A stretch of 57,994 nt of DNA, filler included, from Porpidia crustulata (lineage: Eukaryota): assembly GCA_964255105.1 (NCBI GenBank). It is 4 parts of 4 records of this genome, joined end to end, with 100 filler letters (N's around TTAATTAATTAA, not from the genome) between each part and the next. Parts side by side here need not be neighbours in the genome. Positions count along the whole stretch, not along the records: positions 43,619 to 57,994 come from CAXUWE010000380.1; 3 more parts are not named here. The stretch is one strand, 5' to 3'. This document shows, piece by piece, positions 46,942 to 57,994 of this stretch. The position numbers and the translations under genes are program-made. The notes beneath the pieces are model-generated. The model did not search any database. It had not been told where the DNA came from and saw only the letters and a program-made list of their open reading frames with translations. Within the stretch, counting starts at the first letter, position 1. The number at the start of each line of letters is the position of its first letter.

Positions 46942-48066
46942 GTTGGTGTTGGTATGGCTTGTTATCTGATTGACACGATGTAGCATAGACTCCAATAGGT
47001 CTTCTTGAGCGCTTTACAATCAGATCGTTAAAGAGGAAATAATCTGATCTCGAAATATGGAAGCCAGATAATGACATGAAAATTGAAGATCAGGCAAATA
47101 CGGCACACGAATATCTGAGGTAGGATACCGACCACCCGACCTACTTTACCCGTCTCAATTGGTAAAGTCTTTAATTGTGATTTTTAATCCATTCAGTCAA
47201 CACAGATTAACCCCACTATGACGTCGAGCACGTGATTGGTACAGCAGTACCTATGCATCAAAAGTCGTTGCACCATCCAACGAATATTCGAGTCACAGTG
47301 GTGCAATGACTTTGAAATTCCTGTGGTACTTCATACGTGGTAAGTTGAGTGTCTCGGCTTAGTCTGTAATCAATACCGGTGGCTGGTTGGTTTGTTGAGA
47401 AGGATGGATGCTCACGGAGCCAGTGTGTAAGGATATCTCGGACAATCGTGTATCAGGTATGTCGTACATCGGGACGCCAAGCACGACTGCGGTACGGTCA
47501 AGATTGAGTCTCACAGCGCTTTGGGTGCTTGGCTTGTGGTGATGGGCATGATGTTGCGCGCATAACAAGAAAGAGCGGCCAGTAAACACGCGTTCGTAAA
47601 GTTGTCAATGATCTGGAAAGGCAAACCTGATTCATCAGAATAGCGTTCTTCTCTGTAGTCGCAACCCTCGAAGACATGGCGCCGTGGAACACAAAGCCAG
47701 ACCAGAAGAGTTACTTGAGATGTCTGACTACAGGAGACGAGGAGGACGCATCATCGAGCCCTTGCCGCCAACTTGATCGCTCACATTTCAGACACTTAAC
47801 ATAGAATGCATAGGAGTGTGAAGAGCCTGGCCAGAGCGACTTCGAATGCCAGCAAATGTGCCTCTGGTCAAAGCCATTATCTCCGCCAGCGAAGCGATAA
47901 TGACTGAGCTGGACGTCGCGAAGTATCGTTGACCTTGCGAGGCTAGTCTGACGCTAACCAAAACGGTACTAAGGCCAACCCTAACGCAGACACCTTTCAA
48001 GCTTCTTGTAAATATCATCCTCTGTGCTCTGGCATAGGCCGGTGAGACACTTCTCTCCATAGTCTC

Positions 48067-51046
48067 ATGGCAGACCCTTCGATCTACAATCGAGCTCAGG
48101 TCACCATCGAAGCTGTTCGCTTAGCTTCTAATGCAGATATACAACCACTGAGACAATTGATCATACAGCAGCCACAAATCTTGAAACTTGAATTTGTCCT
48201 GCGGATCCTGTTGACATTCCTCCCCGAGAGTACTGATCCAGCGCTCTACAGAGACTTGTTGAACAGCCTCTCTGCAGGCTTGTCGCCTGAAAGCGTTGGC
48301 ACGCAGCCATTAATAGTCACCCTCCCTGAAGAGGAGCTCTCCGAAGACGATGCAGTTGAACGCGTCCAGAAACTACATTTACTACCATTAGCGGACCCAG
48401 AAACATCTTTTAACGGATCTCCGGATCTGCTCACGACCTTCCTACTTCATCGCGCTCACCGGATAGACTCCGAGACGGGCTCGTTGCCACTGGTAGCGCA
48501 ATTGTTGGCACCCTTCGCAGATCATTCTGAATTTCTAAGAACATGGATGATTTCAACCCTGTGCCCAGTTTTAAGGCTAGATTACGAATACTACCCACAT
48601 CGTGCGCCACCATATTCCTTGCAACAGTTTGAGAGACTCGATGGAGCTCCTGCGATAGATTCATTGCTTTCTCAGACTGCCCAAAGCAGAGTTGGCGATG
48701 AGCAGCCTGACATTGGAAGAGACCTGAGAGGCCTTGTTGGACCTTGGATATACGGGGAGAACGAAAGGAAACGTCGTAGATTGAGTGTTCGGCGGCGACG
48801 CAGGAACTCTGTCGCAGCGTCGCTCTACGGGGCAGAGGCCGAATCGGATGAGATTGACAGCTCAGAGCATGCATTTGGTGGTTGGGCTCACGTCAATGAA
48901 TGGTTGTTGCATTTAGCTGTTCGTAATTTCCCACGAGCCGTAGATGCAGTAGTGCAGTGGGACGGGCCCGGTGATGTTGACTACGGTGAATGGGGTGCTG
49001 AGCTTCCAGAAAAAAGTCGGGAAGGATTGCGTCTATCAACAGAACAATACACACAAGCAAGCCTAGCAGCAATCTATGCTACAAGCAGCTCTTCTGTTGA
49101 AATCCTGGAAGGGTCTCGCAATATTCTTGCTCATGTAGCCCAACGGATGGATCTGCATAGTCCACCCCCTTTAGACGTTCCAGATACCGCTTCCAACGCC
49201 AATATATCTCCTGAATATTTCAAGACTTTGTCCCATACCCATTTCTTACATGACTCGCTGCTTGGAGCTCAGAATCCGCTCACCAGACCCAGTCAACCTT
49301 CAATATCTCTTGCCTTTTGCCTCTTAGCTTCGGCACATGTACTTGAACGATTTGGACATTCGAAAAGTTGCAAGAGTGTAACGGAGCTAAGTCTTTCAGG
49401 CAGCGAAAGCGATCAATTGGTGGATTTGCGTAAAGTGTTGTATAAATTGCAAGCGGAAGCAAGAGAAGAGAAGAGTTGGGAGACCATTCGGCAGCAGATG
49501 CTTTGGCTTCGTAATTGGAGTTGGCTCCCCAATGTTCAAGACTCCGACAATCCTCGAGGCATGTACTGCAAGATTAGACGGGTTGACCTAGAGATCGAAA
49601 TATTGAAAGTTTTTTTGAATGCATCTTGTAAGTCTATCATAAGATCTTGGATTCATAGACCATATTCTCGGGACGCACTCTGCCCACATGCTTACCATTT
49701 TCTATAGGTTACAACCTTGCAGTCGACACATATTGCAGAGGGAATTTACTACCACTGCCTGCAGACGTCTTGGAAAAAATTGTGCTCAATTCGGCACTGT
49801 CCTCCTACGACGCCGCCAGCAACGGCAATAGAAATCGAGGTGGTGTTCGCAAGGCTTCTGATATGTATGTCTCCAATAACGAGGTGCCCCATCAACCAAA
49901 TCTAATCCGATTCAACAGACTAACCACATTCCGGGATTACTTCCCTCAATCCAAACCACTGAGTCATTTACAATCGCTGCTTTCAGCTACCCATGCCATG
50001 TCGTTTTATTCCCTGACATTACAGCATGGCGTACCACTACAACCTGTCGAGATACGGGCCCATCAAGATCCACTGTCACTAATAGAGAAAATTCTTGGCC
50101 TGAACCCAGGAAGCTACACAAAGCTAGATGACCTCATCGAGATTGGGAAAAACTTAGTGGCAGCAGGGCTTGGCCAAATGTCAGACACCAAATTTTCAAA
50201 GAAGTTTGGCTTCGACGAGGCATTGCTAGTCGCAAGGCGCAGGATTACTGGCATGGCAATCGAAGCTGCCTTGGCTGAAGAGGACTTTGATACAGCCTAC
50301 TCATACATCATCAATCGTTTGTCGCCATCCACTACGTCTGACTCCAACGATCCGGCTTTGTCCAGTACCTCAGCCATCGGGGGTGATGACGTGTCCTGGC
50401 GAGCAGCGTATCAAGCTGGTCGTCACCGCTCTCGCAAATCCGCCGGCCCTTCGTCGCTTCGACGCCTAGAGCAACGTATGGAGCTTCTATCCCAAGCTCT
50501 ACTTCTAGCGCCCTCGCATGTATTACCGGAGATCCTAAGCGCATGGCGTCAATGTGAGGATGAGATGAGTCATCTCATTGCTAAAGAGACTAAGGAAGAT
50601 CAGATCTGGGATGACAAAGGAGACCGAAAAATCCCCGGTGGTTTCACGGGAGATAGTAGCCCCGTCATACAGAAGCAACGAGATCCAGCTGCCGCTGCAG
50701 CTAATGAAGAAGCTCCAATGGGGTTGTTTGATGTGGCTCGAGGCGCAGCGGCCGCTCTGAGTAAGAATGCTTTTCTTTTGCGAGCTCCTAGAACAACTCG
50801 ACCACCCTATTCTTCCCAAGTATCACATCAGCGACCACGAAGTGTCGCTAGTGCTGGGGGAAGCGACGACGATAGTCTAAGCGCAAAAGATGGCGAAGGA
50901 CGGGTTCGGAAAAGGGACATGGTCAGCAGCATGGTGACAGGTGGTCTAGCATCAGGTCTTGGATGGGTTTTGGGTACGTTGATGACGTCCACAGTCATCA
51001 ATTTTTCTGACATTTACAAGGAGCTCCGCCGGTACGACATGAATGA
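48067..51046 (+). CDS. SEC39: Sec39 (Dsl1 tethering complex subunit)
   Basis: LRILLTFLPES, DIGRDLRGLVGPW, SSYDAASNGNRNRGGVRKA, ATHAMSFYSLTLQHGVP, RMELLSQALLLAP, VTGGLASGLGWVLG; three introns; last exon APPVRHE* with TGA at 51044-51046. Confidence 0.88.
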
Positions 51047-51825
51047 TTAAATCCCACAGCGATTGGCCAGTAAAGGACTCACTACAGAATTGATCGGACC
51101 ACAGCACTTTGCAGATAATCATGTCACCAGGCTTGCCAGCCAATCGCTCTAAGCCTCCGGATAATGACTGAAGCCTCACGGCAGTAAAGGTACATCTCGA
51201 GCCCAGAGTCGGCGAATTGAGTTTGAACGGACGATTGTAAAGGTCACCATGTCTCGAACTTATAAGACTACTCGGATGGTATGCGGAGCATGACGTTGAA
51301 GGACTGGAGGGCTTGGTTGGGAGTTCCAAAGCCCCTTCTTGGGGACACAGCACTCAATCGAACTAATAGACGATTCTTGGCCAGGAGACTCAGGCTTCGT
51401 AGCATTCGGTGGCTGCTGCTCACAAATACATAGGCGAAAGGATATCATCAAGGAAGCAAAACAATCCAACTAGATACGTCCAGGTGTACCATGTTTCGTC
51501 TGACCTATTTTGAGATCGCACAGTACTCATCTCTATCTTTTCTGAGTAATCCCAGTAACGTGATACCTATTTTGGCAGCGTTACTCACTGCCAATGTGTG
51601 GCACGGTAATAGTGTGAGTCAGAAGCCATAATAAATCTTCTCTTGAGGCGATAAAGGGAATGGTGGCAATTGAAGGGAGTCATGCCGTTGTGACAGAAAG
51701 TAGTCTAGCTGGGCCGCTAAAGGGCGCTAGCACTCTGACGCACAAAACCGAATTTTCCTTCGCCGTGGCCCCTCCTTCCTTTCTTCTTCGTCCTCACACC
51801 GTTTCTCAAGCAGAACATCTGAGTA

Positions 51826-51892
51826 GTAAGTCTCTCTTTCCATGGCATTATATCGTATATAGTAGAGGAAGAGGACTGATACCGAGCATTAG
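51826..51892 (+). other. 5'-UTR intron of TEF1
   Basis: GTAAGT...CTGAT...TAG after a CT-rich TSS-like tract, upstream of ATG 51962. Confidence 0.7.
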
Positions 51893-51900
51893 TTCCCTAA

Positions 51901-53732
<1,832 letters not shown>

Positions 53733-54665
53733 ACACTCTGAGAGACTAAATCTCCGAGGTTGGCTGACAGAAAGCGAAAAAGCGAGATGTGTACGTGGGC
53801 GATGGTGATTTTAGCTGGTATCCTGATCAAGTATTTCGTACCAGGCATTTTGCATCCGTGGTTCGTTCTATCAGTGTCTTCTTTAGCCTTTTTGCCATAC
53901 CCTTCCTTTATCTAAGGCGTCTTCTTCGGGCTTCGCAACTTTTGATGGCGAACCCCTTCCTTTATTTGCAGGACACGATGAGACGATGGCATGGGCTGAA
54001 ATGCAGGACTTGATAGATCTCTGTCTACCACAATCAAATCATTAGAGGCAGTCATACTACAATGACCAAGCTTGAGTTTTTTAACATTGTCATAGCTTGA
54101 CCTCTCATTATTGACTATCATGTCCTGGGCTTGGAGATGTCGCGACAGATTCAAGACTATGGCGACAAACTTGCAAGGACAAAATCACTCATCGTATGAC
54201 ATCCACATTTATTGTAGAGACCTAATTGACGGACACCTCATCTACGGTTATCCCACTAGATAAGCAGATGCGCAAGAATCGCCTACCTCTCACAGGGGAT
54301 ACCCGGTACTCATAGTTGGTGGAGGTGTTTTGCCAAGCTACCAGAACACAATTTCCCCATTTTTTGAGTTTACCCGTAGTTATAACGATGCTTCGGGGTT
54401 CGTTGTCCTCGGTGTTGGATCACGATAATTCGTGTCTTTAGCCTCACACTTGGAAAGTTGTAGTCTCTGCTACACCTCACCACCGCAACTCTGACTACTG
54501 AAGGGATTCACCGCGAATATGGCCATAACAAGATTCCACAAGGCGACTTCACCAAAAGACTTCAATACCTCCGCGCCTCAAGCTTGTGCTCCCGTCAATT
54601 GCAGCTCATGACACGTCCAAATCTCCGATATCCGCATTGCTCGCGGATCGCAAGTCTCAGTCACA

Positions 54666-57600
54666 ATGCATGCAATGCGACAGTCATGCCGACCGAAGCA
54701 CCAAACCCTCATTCTGAAATGCTATCCAAGGTTTCAAAAAACTGCTGTGGACGTGAATCCCAATTCGAGTGAGCTTAGCTATCTGCTTTACTATGCGAGT
54801 ACTCGGCGGAGTAAGCTACAAAAAGTGGGAGCTTTCTTGGAGAAACGGACAACGAGTGATGTCTGGAGAGGTCGAATAGGGTATGTTTTTCTAGCAAGTG
54901 ACTGAGAAACAATGTTCTAAGGAGGCTAACTGAGGACTTGTAATATAGCAATGTCCAGGTCACGCTCCAGATCCTCAAGGCGCTCATTGAGAAGCTGCCC
55001 CGAGACCTTCCTCTCTACGCGCCGTTCGTACTTCGTATACTCGGGACTGTGTTACGCTCAAAGGATTTGAACATGGTGGAGGACTCGGTACCGATGTTCG
55101 AAACATTCTGCGAGCACTACGAGGTGGCTACGCTTGCGGCCGATCAGATGCATATTGGGCAATACGAAGACATAGTGCGCACATACGCCAGTTTTGCCAC
55201 GAAAAATCCACCCATACAGCCAAAAGGCGTACTCAGCGCGCCAATGGCAATACGGTGGAGAAGCGCTGGACTGATGGCTTTAAAAAGCATCACATCTTCA
55301 GAAGCTATAGGTGCTGATGGCGGGAGGCAGTTGAATCTTATAATACCGGTGCTTCTTCAAAATCTACACCCTGCTGAAGAAGAGTATCTTTTGGTCCTGC
55401 GGCAGCGCATGCAAGATACCGAAGATACGGACAGGGAAATCTCAACTAGGAGAAGAAGCAATACCACAGTTCGAACTGTCGACGAACCTCCGGAGCCTAA
55501 TTCCGCTGCACTATCTGGCACAGCCGATGACGCGGATCGGGCGGCCGAGGAAGAGGTGGGCATACTTGCATTGAAAAGCCTGAAGCAGATTTTCATGGGT
55601 AATAATAGAGGCCAGATAAGGCTTGCCACAGCTTCTATGCTAAGGTTCATATGCACAAATGTTTCGCAGCGGCGGGTGCAGACTGCCAGGAGCTCGAAAT
55701 CTGGCGGTGCTGGGTCTTGGACGACTACACTGATGGAGATAGCGACGAGATGGGCCCCCGTGCAAGATCGATTTATTGTACTTGTGACGACAATGGAAAC
55801 ACTCATACGAAGCTCTATTATTGAAGAGAATCTAGGGCAACAGCTTACCCTTGTAACTCTCACGGGGTGGCTACTTCGTTCAAACATTAACATGATTGGC
55901 CTGAGCGTGATGGACGTCCTCCTCGGCCTCATACAGCATATACTGTTACTACTCCAGCTAGGTGGCAAAGGTTCGAGCGTTCTTCCGCATCACCAACAGA
56001 CCGATGCTATTGACTTATTCCAAGAGACTAAGGACGTTATTGAGGAGCCATCTTCAACTGATAGCGCAGAGAACATAGGGGAGAAGGAGGAGGCCATTCC
56101 ATCTAGCAATCGACAAGAATTGCTCATTGGACTGCAGAGATGTATCGGAGATCTAGCCACCCATATATATTACTCCGACCAAATATCAGATATTCTCACA
56201 GCCATTCTACTCCGCCTGAAGCCGTCACCAATGTCTAACGTAGCCACGGATGCGGCAGCCGTTGAGCGTCCGCAGGCTGCAGCTCAAGCTATAGCGACAT
56301 CGGTGAATATGCAGGAGAACCCAAAGACGGACGAATTTTTTTCGTTTGGAACCGCTCGTGTGACAGCACTAAAGGCGGTCAAGGAGGTTTTGATTGTTGC
56401 GAATATAAGAAGCTCTGTCAGTGGCGCCGCCGCAATTGGCCGAAATCGAGTCAGTGTTCAAGCATGGGAAGGGACGGAGTGGCTCCTAAGCGACGAGGAT
56501 AGGAGGGTCAGACGAGCCTACGTTGATGCACTACTTGTGTGGCTCAAGCTTGAGATGAGCCGCGGGGATCTTCGAGTTCTGGAAGACAAGCAAAGATTGG
56601 TCAAAAATTCTCCAAAACCAGAAGGTGACGACAATACATGGAGTGTTTTGACCAGAAGAGCTGTTTCAAATGCGTCGCAACGAGAGAAGCCTTCTAAGAT
56701 AGCGAAGACTACGTTCCTACAGCTTCTTCATTTGGCCATCTATAATAACGCACTTGATACGTCGGACTCGGAATCGGAAGTACTCCCGTTGCATCTCCTT
56801 TTGTATACTTTGGTTGACAAGCTGGGCGTTAATGCCGTTAAGACCGGTCTACCGATGATTTTGCGACTCCAGGAAGACATCAATATCGACGATCTCGTTG
56901 CNNNNNNNNNNATATTGGGAGCCTTGTTCATGGGTACCTATGGACGGTAAGCGAGCGATTTGACCTTGAAACGTCAAGAGCAGGCCAAGAGATCCATAGA
57001 GAGATTGCAAGGCGAAAGAGTCATAAATTATGGCTCGAATCGATTCAAATCCCCCCATTGCCGCTGGACCTGATCATGCCACCTCCCAGGATACCTCCTG
57101 CCGAGAAACTTCCGCTACCTTTACTTGTCCAAGAATCTTTGAAACCTTTCGATTCTCGTGCGGAGATGGTCAGCCAGATCGCACATTCCTATGCGTCTGT
57201 TGTCACCTCTCCCCCAACTAGCCCTCCAAGCTCCCCGGGTCGTGTGTTCAGCACACCTATCCTCGCCGGAGCTGGCTCAACTATCGCCGCGAACGACTTG
57301 CCGCTTATGATAAAAGAATCAATGCTCTCCGATTGGTCGAAAGACATTTGCATGGCCACAGTCGCCAAAGAAACAGCTCGCACTATCTCCATTAATGGCT
57401 CGAGGACTGGCACGGGCCTCTCCATACGTCAGAAATACCTAGCCCCAACAGGCCATTCCACCCGAAATGGCTCGCCAAGTGGACGTCAGAGCCCTCGTCA
57501 AGTAGTCCCGCTAAACGGTGAAAGCAATCCAAACTCTCAGACCCAAGTCCTCAACCTCCCCTCCCAAAACCAACAAGACCGTCTTCGTCGCTCGAGTGCC

Positions 57601-57994
57601 CAAAACTCAACCCCAGCCAGCAGCTCCGATCAAAATCCGACTCTCCGAGTCGACGACCTCAAGCGTGTTCTCGCCGGTGGTTCCCTAACCGGCATCTTCA
57701 ACAAAACCCGTGGCGCGAGTCCCTTGCGTAATAGCACCGTCCGGCGCGACTTCGTCAACGCCAGTACCGATCGAAGCCCCAGCACAAGCAGTAGGAGCAA
57801 TGCTGCCGCCGAAGGCTACGAGTCCGCCAGCGAAGGCGAGCCAGCCCACACCTTCGCCTCCAGACCACCCCACGCCAACCTCCCTGAAAACAACGCCACG
57901 GATGCAGCAACAGCCTACCAGCGCGTCCTACCCTCCCGCCCTCATTCGCGCGACTCCACCGCCCCTCCCAGAGCCCAAAGCTACCGATCCACCC
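54666..57994 (+). CDS. EFR3: Efr3 plasma-membrane PI4K-complex scaffold; crosses a 10-N gap and runs off the window
   Basis: MHAMRQSCRPKHQTLILKCYP, PNSSELSYLLYYASTRRSKLQKVG, intron about 54882-54949, WAPVQDRFIVL, NMIGLSVMDVL, LATHIYYSDQISD; after the gap IGSLVHGYLW continues in another frame. Confidence 0.93.
56902..56911. other. 10-N scaffold gap inside EFR3
   Basis: Placeholder-size gap; coding frame differs on the two sides. Confidence 0.9.

Noticed and set aside
56880..56960. Frameshift or premature stop in EFR3
   Set aside because: Caused by the fixed 10-N gap; coding sequence resumes in another frame right after it.

Overview
Eukaryotic nuclear DNA from a filamentous ascomycete (Pezizomycotina; a lichen-forming Lecanoromycetes-type fungus is a guess, testable with the TEF1 gene here). 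Genes have short GT-AG introns with CTAAC/CTGAC-type branch sites. The window is not one locus: it is four segments (14468, 14430, 14420 and 14376 nt, decreasing in length) joined by an identical artificial 100-nt spacer (N44-TTAATTAATTAA-N44), so neighbourhoods across spacers carry no meaning. Segment 1: CHERP-like CID protein (partial), a micro-exon DUF4748-like gene missed by the ORF track, SSL2/XPB, an AflY/HypA-family oxidoreductase, an uncharacterised protein ending KKGWFWS, an F-box-like gene with an in-frame TAA, and FOL2. Segment 2: TCD (partial), DUF4336-like, DUF427, a hypothetical protein, a probable F-box/LRR relic, a small secreted beta-rich protein and a CarT/CAO-2-like carotenoid oxygenase. 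Segment 3: low-complexity contig end, a small Cys-rich gene split by an in-frame TAA, a 1004-aa uncharacterised protein and an Msb2-type signalling mucin with a long, nearly ATG-free, intron-containing leader. Segment 4: BRCT-less PARP (partial), GST, SEC39, TEF1 (with a GC-AG intron) and EFR3 (partial). I see no convincing new multi-gene system. The best leads are the two genes interrupted by a single in-frame TAA, the Msb2 leader/uORF, the hidden micro-exon gene and the uncharacterised proteins. All family assignments are from recognition of motifs, not database searches.
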